Below, one piece after another: positions 41,524-55,558 of a stretch of DNA of 64,000 nt. A program made the translations under genes and the position numbers. Each line of letters begins with the position of its first letter. Within the stretch, counting starts at the first letter, position 1. Source of the stretch: Candidatus Omnitrophota bacterium (lineage in GTDB: Bacteria; Omnitrophota; Gorgyraeia; Gygaellales; JBFMHM01); assembly GCA_040753015.1 (NCBI GenBank), contig JBFMHM010000002.1, positions 36,319 to 100,318 on the forward strand, given 5' to 3'. The notes below the pieces were generated by a model. That model was not told the origin of the DNA. It ran no database searches and saw nothing but the letters and a program-made list of their open reading frames with translations.

Positions 41524-43077
41524 TTATTTAGGTAAGCTAGTATAAATCTTACAGCAAGAGCTACAGATTGCCTTGCTTTTTTTATATTTTAACTTTGCAC
41601 CACACTCACACACCCAACCGATTTGTTTCGCAGGCACGCCAACTACAACCGCATAATCTGGCACATCTTTTTTCACTACTGCACCCGCGCCGATAAATGC
41701 ATACCGGCCAATCGTAACCCCACAAACTATAGTTGCATTTGCGCCTATGGATGCGCCTTTTTTTACTAATGTTGGTTTAAACTCATTTTTACGCTCAATA
41801 AATGCACGCGGGTTATAAACATTAGTGAAAACACATGAAGGCCCACAGAAAACATCGTCTTCTAAAGTAATCGATGAATAAACCGAAACATTATTTTGAA
41901 TCTTGCATCTATCCCCAATAATAACATCGGGGCCTATGCAAACATTTTGACCAATGATACATTTTTCGCCTATCTTAGAATTTTTTAATATATGTGAAAA
42001 ATGCCAAATCTTAGTCCCTTGACCTATCTCAACATTCTCATCGATATAACTTGATTCATGTATAAAAAAATCGGTTGGATTGTTAAGATTCGATAATCCT
42101 TGTTTTTTATTTAATAAACTATTTTCGGCTCTTTCCAGCACGCCTAATACAGAAAGGCCTTCTTTACCACAAGTAAGCGGGTTTTGCCTTGTTAAAACAC
42201 ACTTTAAAAAATGCTTCAATTCCTCTTGCAAAGGTTCTTTCTTTTCGATTTCAAGCGGGTAGTAATCTGCCTTTTGAGCAACAGGAATCTTTCCGCTTTG
42301 CCATTCTATCTTATGAGGATAAACTAATAATTTATTCTCGGATAAATCATCAAACACTGCCATAGCTTTTGAACCAACCACAATTAACTTTTGTTCTTTA
42401 AAAGGATGCAACCAACTCACAAAAATATGCGCCTTAATACCATTTTTAAATTCCATGCCTGTTAATGTAGTATCATAATGATTAGATGTAATATAATCAC
42501 CACCAAAAGCATAGACATTTAAAGGATTATCATTGACTAATGATAAGATAACCGAAATATCATGAGGCGCAAAACTCCATAAAATATTTTCTTCAATCCT
42601 CACCTTACCGATGTTTAATCTATTAGAATAAATATATTCAATTTTTCCTAAGTCACCATTTTTTATTAACTCCTTTAATTTAATAATTGCTGGATGATAA
42701 TGAAGGATATGGCCAACCATTAGAATTTTATTTTTTTCTTTTGCTAAACTAATTAATTCTTCACCTTGCCGATAATTTAAAGAAAGTGGTTTTTCTACAA
42801 AAACATCTTTATCTTCTTGAATAGCTTTTTTTGCAATACCATAATGGGTTTCGGCAGGACTAGATATAACTAAAGCTTTTATTGTTGTATCAGCTAATAA
42901 TTCATCAATATTTAAACAGTATTTTATCCCAGGAAATTCTTTTTTTCTTTCTTCTAAAACCGTTATACTTGAGTCGCATGCACTCGCTAAAACATCTAAT
43001 CCATAAAGATTTCTTAGGATATTCTTGCCCCAACCACCAAGGCCAACTAAACCAATAAATTTATCTTTAGTTTGCAT
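41524..43077 (-). CDS. Gfo/Idh/MocA oxidoreductase fused to hexapeptide-repeat N-acetyltransferase (WbpB-WbpD-like)
   Basis: VGLGGWG, VFVEKP, MVGH, APHD; then [46 protein letters not shown]. Confidence 0.9.
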   Translation of the reverse strand: MQTKDKFIGLVGLGGWGKNILRNLYGLDVLASACDSSITVLEERKKEFPGIKYCLNIDELLADTTIKALVISSPAETHYGIAKKAIQEDKDVFVEKPLSLNYRQGEELISLAKEKNKILMVGHILHYHPAIIKLKELIKNGDLGKIEYIYSNRLNIGKVRIEENILWSFAPHDISVILSLVNDNPLNVYAFGGDYITSNHYDTTLTGMEFKNGIKAHIFVSWLHPFKEQKLIVVGSKAMAVFDDLSENKLLVYPHKIEWQSGKIPVAQKADYYPLEIEKKEPLQEELKHFLKCVLTRQNPLTCGKEGLSVLGVLERAENSLLNKKQGLSNLNNPTDFFIHESSYIDENVEIGQGTKIWHFSHILKNSKIGEKCIIGQNVCIGPDVIIGDRCKIQNNVSVYSSITLEDDVFCGPSCVFTNVYNPRAFIERKNEFKPTLVKKGASIGANATIVCGVTIGRYAFIGAGAVVKKDVPDYAVVVGVPAKQIGWVCECGAKLKYKKSKAICSSCCKIYTSLPK

Positions 43078-43079
43078 TA

Positions 43080-44639
43080 TTAAAACCTGTCGCTATAAAT
43101 CGTCATGTCTAAAAATGATTTAAGCCTTCTAGACCTTGTTGGATGACGAAGTTTTCTGAGCGCCTTTGCCTCGATTTGCCTGACGCGCTCCCTAGTAACT
43201 TTGAATATATTACCAACCTCCTCTAGCGTCCTAGGAGATCCGTCTTGTGTACCAAAACGAAACTCTAGTATTCTTCTTTCTCGCTCTGACAATGTTGCTA
43301 AAGCAACTTCGATCTCTTCCTTAAGCATTGATTTAACTGTTGTGTTTGCTGGAGAAATTGCTTTTTTATCTTCGATAAAATCACCGAAATGCGTATCACC
43401 TTTATCGCCAATCGGCGTCTGCAAAGAAATTGGCTCCTGGGCAATCTTTAGTATAGACTTAACTTTGCCTTGCGACATTCTTAACTCTTTTGCAATTTCT
43501 TCGGCACCCGGTTCCCTGCCATATTCTTGGACAAAAAGACGAGAAATCCTTGTAATCTTATTAATAGTTTCTGTCATATGCACAGGTATTCTAATAGTCC
43601 GTGCCTGATCTGCTATTGAACGAGTAATTGCCTGCCTAATCCACCATGTGGCATAAGTAGAAAATTTATATCCCCTTTTATATTCAAATTTCTCAACGGC
43701 GCGCATAAGGCCAATATTACCTTCTTGAATAAGATCGAGGAAAGAAAGGCCTCTATTGGTATATTTTTTTGCGATGCTCACAACAAGTCTTAAATTAGCT
43801 TCGACTAATTTCTTTTTTGCCCTATTAAAAAATGAGTATTTTACCCTAATTGAATGAAAAATTTGCTTTATCTTATCATAGGGCATTCCTAATTCTTTAA
43901 CTATAGAACGTTTTTTTTGTAATAATTTATTTTTTCCTATTGCCTTCTTTTTGCTTTTTCTAAAACTATCTAACTGTTTATCTATGCATTCAATTTCAAG
44001 AATTAACGCACGCATTTTATCCATTATCTTCTCAACAGCAGAAACAGTCAAATTAAAATCTATAAGAATTTGCAGCCATTTGTTTTCATCTTTAGTTTGC
44101 TTCAGTTTCTTTGTCAAATAGCTAACTTTTTTTATAAATTTTTCGTCTCTTAGGAAAATATCTTCTTTTATTAAATCTTCTAGCCCAGATTTTTTTTCTA
44201 AAATCTCCTCAAATAGCTTAATAATCTCTTTCTTAGCAAACTTTGTAACCAAGACTACTTGAAATAAGTTCTTCTCTCTTTCTTCAATTTTTTTTGCAAG
44301 ATCAATTTCTTCTTCTCTCGAGAGAAGATCAATAGAACCCATTTGCTTAAGATACATTTTTACAGGATCATCCATAGGGCTTACGCGCTCCTGAGCTATT
44401 GACTCAACATCTTCCTTGTTTAACTCCTGCGCTGCATCTTGAAGATCCAGAGTATCTTTTTTATCTTCTACAATTTCAATATCTTCACTACCCAGTAAAT
44501 CAAAAACTTCATCTATTTCTTGTACACTCGTAGCATCCTCGGGTAATATTTGATTTACTTCATCATAGGTCAAAAAACCTCTTTGCTTACCAAGCGCGAT
44601 TAATTTTTCAGTATTCTGCTTAATCGTTCCTTCTTTCAT
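43080..44639 (-). CDS. rpoD: RNA polymerase primary sigma factor RpoD
   Basis: [69 protein letters not shown]. Confidence 0.98.
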   Translation of the reverse strand: MKEGTIKQNTEKLIALGKQRGFLTYDEVNQILPEDATSVQEIDEVFDLLGSEDIEIVEDKKDTLDLQDAAQELNKEDVESIAQERVSPMDDPVKMYLKQMGSIDLLSREEEIDLAKKIEEREKNLFQVVLVTKFAKKEIIKLFEEILEKKSGLEDLIKEDIFLRDEKFIKKVSYLTKKLKQTKDENKWLQILIDFNLTVSAVEKIMDKMRALILEIECIDKQLDSFRKSKKKAIGKNKLLQKKRSIVKELGMPYDKIKQIFHSIRVKYSFFNRAKKKLVEANLRLVVSIAKKYTNRGLSFLDLIQEGNIGLMRAVEKFEYKRGYKFSTYATWWIRQAITRSIADQARTIRIPVHMTETINKITRISRLFVQEYGREPGAEEIAKELRMSQGKVKSILKIAQEPISLQTPIGDKGDTHFGDFIEDKKAISPANTTVKSMLKEEIEVALATLSERERRILEFRFGTQDGSPRTLEEVGNIFKVTRERVRQIEAKALRKLRHPTRSRRLKSFLDMTIYSDRF

Positions 44640-44651
44640 AATACTCCTTAT

Positions 44652-46448
44652 TTATTTTAAACAATTTTTAAACTCAACCAGCAGTTCCTTAAGCCTGTCT
44701 TGATCGTTTTTTCTCTGTGCAACCATGATTTGTTCTTGAATATTTTTTCGCTTCAATTTCAGATTTTGGTCCTTTATTCTTCTTATACAATCATCTAGTA
44801 ATCTATTCAAACTCGAACTATCCTTCCCGGTACTGGTAAAATCTAACTCGCCAGATAATGATGCTTGAGATAAAATATTGATATGTTCGCTGTCTTGAAA
44901 CTGGCTAATTAATCTAGAAATAGAAATCTCTTGGTTATTATTTAATAAATTAAATATCTCGCTGATTATATCCGCAATTCGCGGATCACTAAACTCATAT
45001 GGATTAATATTTTCCTTTAATCTATATAAAAAGTCAGATTCTTTAAGCGCTAATTTTAATAAAGTCATTTCTGCAGACAAAACATTATTTCTAAATTCAA
45101 ATATAGAGTTACCTTTATTAAAATCTCCGCTCGGCGTATTTTTAAACTTTTTAAATTCATCAAAAACTGCCTGTTCATCTATCCTTAACAATTCAGATAC
45201 TTTTTTCAAATAATCCGTCTTCAGCACTTCATTATCTATTTTCTTAATAGTAAGGAGTATTTCTTTTACTACTTCTGCCTTACCATTAGATGAATTTATA
45301 TCAAAACGCGCGGTTAAAAGTTTTAATTTATAATCAAAAAAACTGTTTGACCGATTCAATAATTCTTTTAATTTTTGTATACCGTATTGATGAATATATG
45401 AATCAGGATCAAAGCCTTTATCTAAAGCTACAATCTCTAAATTTATACCCTCTTCAATAAAAATATCAAAAGCGCGCAGCGCAGCCAACTCCCCAGCCTT
45501 ATCAGCATCAAATAATACCTTTACGTTATTCGTAAACCTTTTTATTAATCTGGCATGATCATTAGTCAATGCAGTTCCAAGCGTTGCAACCGTATTAAAT
45601 AGGCCTGCCTGATAAAGACTTATAAAATCAAAATTACCTTCTACAATTATAAGATAACCGTACTCTCTTATGTTATCTTTTGCCAAATTTAATCCATACA
45701 AAAGTTTTCCCTTTGAAAAAATTGGCGTATCTGGTGAATTAATATATTTAGGTAAAATGGCATCCTTAGCAACAACTGGATTAGAAGTAGGCAATACTCT
45801 TGCACTAAAAGCAACTGGCCTCGATTTTAAATCAAAGATCGGACAAACTATTCTATTCCTAAAACGATCATAATAACCACCGTTTTGACGCGGAACTATT
45901 AAACCACATTTCTCAATAAGAGATATCGGAATATCTTTAGATCTTAAAAAATCAATCAATCCTTGCCAAGAATCTTCGGCAAATCCTAGTTTAAACTTAT
46001 TTATTGTATCCTGGTTAATATTCCTTTTCTTAAGATAATCTCTGGCTCTAAGTGCATTATCCGACTTCAATAATAAATTATGATAATGAACAACGGCGGA
46101 TTCAATAACCTTGTATAATTTTGTAACTAAGCTTGTTTCTTTGTATTCCTCTCTCTGCGGCAAGCTTACTTGTGCTTTTTTTGCCAATATCTCTACAGAT
46201 TCTTGAAAACCAATGCGCTCATATTGCATTAAAAAATTAAACGCGTTGCCACCTGCACCACAACCAAAACAATGGTAAATTTGTTTTTCCTGGCTTACGA
46301 TAAAAGATGCCGTTTTTTCATTATGAAACGGACAGATAGCCTTAAAACTCCTGCCAATTTTCTTTAATGGAATATATGAAGAAATGACTTCCGTAATATC
46401 AATTCTAGATAAAATTTCATCGAGAGTTTCCTGGGAAAGACGCGGCAT
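44652..46448 (-). CDS. dnaG: DNA primase
   Basis: CPFHNEKTASF zinc ribbon, CFGCG, DRFRNRI, KYINSPDT, VEG..D, DADKAG, DPD. Confidence 0.98.
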   Translation of the reverse strand: MPRLSQETLDEILSRIDITEVISSYIPLKKIGRSFKAICPFHNEKTASFIVSQEKQIYHCFGCGAGGNAFNFLMQYERIGFQESVEILAKKAQVSLPQREEYKETSLVTKLYKVIESAVVHYHNLLLKSDNALRARDYLKKRNINQDTINKFKLGFAEDSWQGLIDFLRSKDIPISLIEKCGLIVPRQNGGYYDRFRNRIVCPIFDLKSRPVAFSARVLPTSNPVVAKDAILPKYINSPDTPIFSKGKLLYGLNLAKDNIREYGYLIIVEGNFDFISLYQAGLFNTVATLGTALTNDHARLIKRFTNNVKVLFDADKAGELAALRAFDIFIEEGINLEIVALDKGFDPDSYIHQYGIQKLKELLNRSNSFFDYKLKLLTARFDINSSNGKAEVVKEILLTIKKIDNEVLKTDYLKKVSELLRIDEQAVFDEFKKFKNTPSGDFNKGNSIFEFRNNVLSAEMTLLKLALKESDFLYRLKENINPYEFSDPRIADIISEIFNLLNNNQEISISRLISQFQDSEHINILSQASLSGELDFTSTGKDSSSLNRLLDDCIRRIKDQNLKLKRKNIQEQIMVAQRKNDQDRLKELLVEFKNCLK

Positions 46449-46450
46449 TA

Positions 46451-47401
46451 TTATCTAGTAATTCTCGTAAAACCAGAACAATTAATAATTTCAAACTTCT
46501 CTTTTTTTCCTAGCGAGTCAAATAAAAGGTTTAAACCTAAAGTATCCGATGCTATATGACCAGCAATAATTATATTTAAATGCTCGAGGCTAGCCTTTTT
46601 AAAATGCTCTTCACTTAGATGCATGGAAATAATAGTATTAACCCCAGCACGGATAAGATAATTAAATAAATCTTTTGATCCTTCTGTCCCACCAGTCATA
46701 TCAACAAAAATTTTCCCAGCTCTATTTGTTTCTTTGCCTAACAAAACCTTCGGCCCAGATTTACCTTGTAAAGCAATTTCATACTCAGGAATATCTTCAA
46801 GAATATCGATAACATCTTTTAACTCATATGGTTTTTTCTTATCAAAAATATCCTGTAGAAAATTTGCAACGAAATTATCCGATGCTGTGTGTGCGCACAT
46901 AAATGGCATATTTAATAATCTTGCTGTATCAACAGCCCGATTATGGTTTCCGGAATGTAATTTCCTTGCAACTTCATCTATTCTTGAACTAGTCAAACTT
47001 TCTGCAACGTTAATTGGAATACCTAAACCCGCTAAGATATCAATTTGTAACTGCATTACTTCTGAAAGCCCCGCAAGGGCTTTTCCTTCTGGATGATGAC
47101 TGATTACAAGGTCAAGCCCATCCTTATTCCTAATATTATCGGCTAAGATAATCTCGGCTGATTCAATATCGATACCTACTAAAATTTTTTTTACATCAAG
47201 ACTCCTATCGCCAAATAAAATTCTCGTATCGGAATAAGGATTTATTAATGTTTCGGTATCGAAACCCTTTTTTTCTTTATCGCTAAGCGTATTAAATTTT
47301 TGTTTACGTCTAAGAAGTTCTCTTTCTACAAAATTCTTTCCTCTTAAATCTTTTTCAATCGCGGCTTTTATAACTGAATCATAAAGTTGAGATAATTTCA
47401 T
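46451..47401 (-). CDS. NIF3 (NGG1p-interacting factor) family putative metal-binding protein
   Basis: NPYSDTR, VGID, SHHPEG, HTASDN, DMTGGT, MH, AGHIASD.LG.N. Confidence 0.85.
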   Translation of the reverse strand: MKLSQLYDSVIKAAIEKDLRGKNFVERELLRRKQKFNTLSDKEKKGFDTETLINPYSDTRILFGDRSLDVKKILVGIDIESAEIILADNIRNKDGLDLVISHHPEGKALAGLSEVMQLQIDILAGLGIPINVAESLTSSRIDEVARKLHSGNHNRAVDTARLLNMPFMCAHTASDNFVANFLQDIFDKKKPYELKDVIDILEDIPEYEIALQGKSGPKVLLGKETNRAGKIFVDMTGGTEGSKDLFNYLIRAGVNTIISMHLSEEHFKKASLEHLNIIIAGHIASDTLGLNLLFDSLGKKEKFEIINCSGFTRITR

Positions 47402-47927
47402 TTTTCTTCTCCTCGTGGGGCAAAATATTCTTGATTATTTTTTCAAAAATAAAACTATAGGTTTTATTCGATAACGTTAAAACTCTAAGGCCAACTAAAG
47501 ATTTATTAATACTTTTATGAAAATAATCAGTATTTATTAAAATAAAAAATGCTAATATTAAACTAGCCAGTAATGCACCTCTTATGAATCCAACTATAAA
47601 ACCTAAAATTTTATCAATAACACCCGTAGACTCAAATTTAAAAATCATCACGAAGAAGCTTCGCAATAAGACAACGATTATATAACTTACGGCCACCAAT
47701 ACTAAAAAGGATATATTTTCAAGCAATTTTGCTTTTAACGGTAAGTAATCTCTCAAAAAATCGGCTAGGTTCAGATAGAATTGGAAGCTGATAAATATTG
47801 ATACAATTATCCCTAAAAATTTAAAAAATTCAACAGCAAAACCATTTTTTATTCCGACGAGAAAAGAACGTACAATTATCAAACTTATAAATAAATCTAT
47901 CCAATTAATTTTATAAATAAACTCCAT
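47379..47927 (-). CDS. cvpA: CvpA family membrane protein
   Basis: NWIDL...G.KNGF..E, DKILGFIVGFIRG. Confidence 0.85.
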   Translation of the reverse strand: MEFIYKINWIDLFISLIIVRSFLVGIKNGFAVEFFKFLGIIVSIFISFQFYLNLADFLRDYLPLKAKLLENISFLVLVAVSYIIVVLLRSFFVMIFKFESTGVIDKILGFIVGFIRGALLASLILAFFILINTDYFHKSINKSLVGLRVLTLSNKTYSFIFEKIIKNILPHEEKKNEIISTL

Positions 47928-47953
47928 TCGTTTTCTCCTAAAAATGCTTTATA

Positions 47954-47982
47954 AGTATAACATATAAAAATAGGAATGTCAA
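47954..47982 (-). promoter_or_regulatory. Sigma70 promoter for the cvpA-NIF3-dnaG-rpoD operon
   Basis: TTGACA (47982-47977), 17 bp, TATACT (47959-47954) with extended TG. Confidence 0.65.
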
Positions 47983-48058
47983 GGTAGGGGACAACTTATA
48001 AAAAAACTAATTTTAAGGAAAAATAAGTAAAATTTTTATTATTAATTATAAATATTTC

Positions 48059-48087
48059 TTGACATAAAAAAATTTCTATGTTATATT
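48059..48087 (+). promoter_or_regulatory. Sigma70 promoter for 48133-48519
   Basis: TTGACA, 17 bp, TATATT with extended TG; strong SD GAAAGGAGG at the start of the gene. Confidence 0.6.
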
Positions 48088-48132
48088 CAAAATGTATTTA
48101 ATATATTTTATAAAAGTAATCGGTGAAAGGAG

Positions 48133-48519
48133 GTGAACAAGATGAAGAAAATCGCTGTTATGTTGATTGCCGGAATAATGTTATTTAGTTTTATAGCACC
48201 GATTTACGCGCAGAATCCAATTATTAAATTGGGCAGAGGCGTTGTCAATACTTTTTCTGGTTTCTTAGAAATTGTTAAACAACCCTATGAAACTACAAAA
48301 CAAGAAAATTTACTAGCAGGTTGTACCGTAGGTCTAGTAAAAGGTCTCGGTATGGGCTTACTTAGAACTGGTGTTGGTCTTTGGGACTTAATAACATTCC
48401 CATTCCCAGCTCCTGCAAAATTTGAGCCTGTATTACAACCTGAATTTGTATTTAGTGGTGCTGAATTCACAACCCAAGAAAAAACAACCCCTGCTCCAGC
48501 ATCATCTAAAATTAAATAA
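48133..48519 (+). CDS. Exosortase system-associated protein, TIGR04073-like, with signal peptide
   Basis: Signal peptide, then KLGRGVVN...G.LEI, G..KG...RT.VG..D..TFPFP.P...PE.V. The SD position suggests the ATG at 48142 may be the real start. Confidence 0.75.
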   Translation: MNKMKKIAVMLIAGIMLFSFIAPIYAQNPIIKLGRGVVNTFSGFLEIVKQPYETTKQENLLAGCTVGLVKGLGMGLLRTGVGLWDLITFPFPAPAKFEPVLQPEFVFSGAEFTTQEKTTPAPASSKIK

Positions 48520-48534
48520 ATTATTAGTTTTAAA

Positions 48535-48575
48535 TAAAAAACCCGCATATTTTAAAAATAGTGTGGGTTTTTTAT
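48535..48575. terminator. Intrinsic, probably bidirectional, terminator
   Basis: AAAAAACCCGCATAT-loop-GTGTGGGTTTTTT. Confidence 0.7.
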
Positions 48576-48600
48576 TTTATCGCTAATCATTTTTATAAAC

Positions 48601-48644
48601 AAAAAACCCCCTATTCTTATATATAAAATTAAGAATAGGGGGTT
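48601..48644 (-). terminator. rRNA operon terminator
   Basis: AACCCCCTATTCTT...AAGAATAGGGGGTT hairpin followed by a U-run on the minus strand, just after 5S. Confidence 0.75.
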
Positions 48645-48651
48645 AATTTTA

Positions 48652-48771
48652 ACCGAGCAATTTCCTACTCTCCCAATTCATTGCTAAATTAGTACCATCG
48701 GCCTCGAGAAGCTTAACTACCGTATTCGGAATGGGAACGGGTGTTTCCTCCTCGGGTAATATCACTCGGAA
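48652..48771 (-). rRNA. rrf: 5S rRNA
   Basis: Minus strand has ACACCCGTTCCCATTCCGAATACGGTAGTTAAG, GCCGATGGTACT and GGGAGAGTAGG; ends pair. Confidence 0.95.
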
Positions 48772-48797
48772 TTCTAAAAAATATATTTGAAAATTAT

Positions 48798-51780
<2,983 letters not shown>

Positions 51781-51798
51781 CAAATTTTCAAAGAACTG

Positions 51799-51871
51799 TG
51801 GACCTGAGCGGGATCGAACCGCTGACCCCCTGCTTGCAAAGCAGGTGCTCTCCCAGCTGAGCTACAGGCCC
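51799..51871 (-). tRNA. tRNA-Ala(TGC)
   Basis: GGGCCTGTAGCTCAGCTGGGAGAGCACCTGCTT-TGC-AAGCAGGGGGTCAGCGGTTCGATCCCGCTCAGGTCCA; CCA not encoded. Confidence 0.97.
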
Positions 51872-51882
51872 GATAAACTTAG

Positions 51883-51956
51883 TGGGCCCGAGTGGATTCG
51901 AACCACTGACCCCAGTCTTATCAGGGCTGTGCTCTAACCAACTGAGCTACGGGCCC
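51883..51956 (-). tRNA. tRNA-Ile(GAT)
   Basis: GGGCCCGTAGCTCAGTTGGTTAGAGCACAGCCCT-GAT-AAGACTGGGGTCAGTGGTTCGAATCCACTCGGGCCCA; one C-A mismatch in the anticodon stem. Confidence 0.96.
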
Positions 51957-51987
51957 AAAATTTACAAATGTCTCACCCATAACTCAA

Positions 51988-52041
51988 TCTAATCTCAGCC
52001 AAAGGCTGATCCGCCTCTGGCGGAAACTGAGCTACGGGCCC
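51988..52041 (-). pseudogene. tRNA-Ile 5' fragment interrupted by a 30-bp double-hairpin element
   Basis: 52041-52025 is identical to the first 17 nt of tRNA-Ile, followed by TCCGCCAGAGGCGGATCAGCCTTTGGCTGA and then GATTAGA (GGTTAGA in the tRNA). Confidence 0.7.
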
Positions 52042-52161
52042 ATTCAAATCTAGCAAATTGCCCTGATTCAATCTGCATCATATAAATTTAATAGCCAAGC
52101 CGGAGAATTGATTCGGCTTATTATTTTGTTTTGTTACTTATTGCCTCTCTAAAAAAAATAG

Positions 52162-53756
<1,595 letters not shown>

Positions 53757-53924
53757 GAACTTGGCTATATATTTAAAAAGAACAATAAAAAAGGCACCGA
53801 CGAGATGTCAGTACCTTTATAAAAATCTATCTCGCATTATCTATCTACAAATATTGTCAACGAATTTTATTTTCACTTATAAATAAGTATACCTTAAAAA
53901 ACACTAATAAATTCAAGTTGTATA

Positions 53925-53952
53925 ATTATAACAATATAAAACTATTTGTCAA
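53925..53952 (-). promoter_or_regulatory. rRNA operon promoter
   Basis: TTGACA (53952-53947), 16 bp, TATAAT (53930-53925) with extended TG; boxA-like TGTTCTTTTTAA downstream near 53775. Confidence 0.7.
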
Positions 53953-53974
53953 GGTATTTTTTTTAAGCTATAAT
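53946..53974 (+). promoter_or_regulatory. Promoter of the GH18 gene, overlapping the rRNA -35 box
   Basis: TTGTCA (53946-53951), 17 bp, TATAAT (53969-53974); ATG 6 nt later. Confidence 0.55.
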
Positions 53975-53980
53975 TAACAA

Positions 53981-54832
53981 ATGAAAAAAACATTCTTATG
54001 GTTATCTTTATTAATATTGCTAACTATTTTTACCCTAGTATTAAAACCAACCCCTCTATATATAAGCGGATGGATTGCCTATTGGGATTTTGATCAAAGC
54101 ATTAACACGTTAAACGCTAACAAACACATTCTCAATGAAATTAATCCGTTTATTTATTCCCTTGATAAACAAGGTAACATCATTTGTCTTATAAGTCAAG
54201 ATAAAATAAATGCATTAAAAAAAATAGAAATCAAAAAATTTATTCCTACAATTGTAAATGATGTTATTGATACCTCTTCTAATAAGCGCATATTAAAAGA
54301 TTCAGGCATAATCCATGAAATTTTATCAAATAAAGACCTGATGAATAAGCATATCGATCAAATAGTAGAATTAGTTAAGAATAACAACTATACTGGTATT
54401 GATATTGATTACGAAAAAATAAACCCAAAAGATTATGACATGTTCCTTGTTTTTATAAGAAATTTATCTACATCGTTGCGCGAAAATAAAAAAGAACTTA
54501 GTGTTACATTAGAGCCAAAATATATTTTAAAAAATACCGGCCTCAATATAAAACTTATCGCTAAATATAGTGATAAAATAAATATTATGTGTTACAATTA
54601 CCCATCTAACAAAACAAACCAAACCACTCCTTTATTTTGGCTAAATGAAATTATCCAAAAAGCAATAAAACTTATACCGCTTAAAAAAATTAGTTTAGCA
54701 TTGAGCATGCTTAAAGAAAACGAAGATAGCATTATAGAAAAAATAAAACTAATAAAAAAATATAAAATCCATAAAATTGCGATCTGGCGGATCGGAACGG
54801 CTGCGATTCTTAAATCTTTCCAAAAATCATGA
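53981..54832 (+). CDS. Glycoside hydrolase family 18 protein with signal or anchor sequence
   Basis: GWIAYWD, GIDIDYE catalytic DxDxE, IMCYNY, IAIWRIG. Confidence 0.85.
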   Translation: MKKTFLWLSLLILLTIFTLVLKPTPLYISGWIAYWDFDQSINTLNANKHILNEINPFIYSLDKQGNIICLISQDKINALKKIEIKKFIPTIVNDVIDTSSNKRILKDSGIIHEILSNKDLMNKHIDQIVELVKNNNYTGIDIDYEKINPKDYDMFLVFIRNLSTSLRENKKELSVTLEPKYILKNTGLNIKLIAKYSDKINIMCYNYPSNKTNQTTPLFWLNEIIQKAIKLIPLKKISLALSMLKENEDSIIEKIKLIKKYKIHKIAIWRIGTAAILKSFQKS

Positions 54833-54865
54833 CAGATAAATTACTAACACATCTAAAGAAAAAGC

Positions 54866-54930
54866 TTGACAAAATCAACAAAATTAGTTATTATTTCAGA
54901 TAATCCTATTTTTATAGGAATAATTGAAAT
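54866..54930 (+). promoter_or_regulatory. abiE promoter with downstream inverted repeat (candidate AbiEi operator)
   Basis: TTGACA (54866), 17 bp, TATTAT (54889); TCCTAT-TTTT-ATAGGA (54904-54919) flanked by ATTTCA/TGAAAT. Confidence 0.6.
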
Positions 54931-55558
54931 GAAATATTTAACCTTAATACAAAAAATACAAAATAGTAAATATTATATTTTTTCCCTTCGCGATTTATTG
55001 ATTTTATTCCCTCAAGAAAATAAGAAAACTTTGCAGAATCAGTTATGTGAGTGGATCAAAAAAAAATACATCATCCGTTTAAAGCGAGATTTATATGAAC
55101 TCATTGATAAAAGCAAAGAAATTATTATCCCCGATGTTTATATTGCAAATAGGCTTTATCAGCCTTCTTATGTATCCTTGGAAACCGCTCTCTCTATTTA
55201 TAATATTATTCCGGAAGTTGCATTTGCCGTAACCTCGCTAACAACTAATGTCACGCGTAAATTTAAAAATAGCTATGGCCAATTCTATTATTTTTCTTGC
55301 AAGCCGAGCGCTTTCACGGGATATCAAATACAAGAATATGCCGGATTTAAAACAGCCATTGCAGATAAAGAAAAAGCCATTGTAGACTTTTTATATTTTC
55401 GATTTAACGGTAACAAAATCCCTGATTTTAAGGAGGAAAGATTTGATAAAGATATTGTCGAGGAAATTCGCTGGGATAAATTATTTACTTATGCTAAACT
55501 CTACAACCTCAAGGTTTGGAAACTTTCTAATTTTTTAAAGGAGTTTGTCGGATGCTGA
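54929..55558 (+). CDS. abiEi: Type IV TA antitoxin, AbiEi family (wHTH)
   Basis: IIRLKRDLY, PSYVSLETALSIYNIIPE, IADKEKAIVDFLY; start placed at MKYLTL (ATG 54929). Confidence 0.85.
   Translation: MKYLTLIQKIQNSKYYIFSLRDLLILFPQENKKTLQNQLCEWIKKKYIIRLKRDLYELIDKSKEIIIPDVYIANRLYQPSYVSLETALSIYNIIPEVAFAVTSLTTNVTRKFKNSYGQFYYFSCKPSAFTGYQIQEYAGFKTAIADKEKAIVDFLYFRFNGNKIPDFKEERFDKDIVEEIRWDKLFTYAKLYNLKVWKLSNFLKEFVGC

Noticed and set aside
174-47096. Short plus-strand ORFs and nested minus-strand ORFs (e.g. 174-368, 7792-8028, 36122-36403, 43201-43608, 46734-47096)
   Set aside because: Shadows of well-supported genes with no recognisable motifs.
48285-48548. Minus-strand 87-aa ORF
   Set aside because: Antisense to the TIGR04073-like gene, which has a promoter, SD and family motifs.
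52025-52041. Integrative-element att site at the tRNA-Ile duplicate
   Set aside because: The duplicate is the 5' end, only 85 bp from the intact gene, with no integrase or cargo between them.
53836-53860. Second rRNA promoter at TTGACA 53860-53855
   Set aside because: The nearest -10-like GATAAT is only 13 bp away, so the spacing is not credible.
54866-54928. TTG start for AbiEi at 54866
   Set aside because: This TTG is part of the TTGACA -35 box; ATG 54929 is more plausible.
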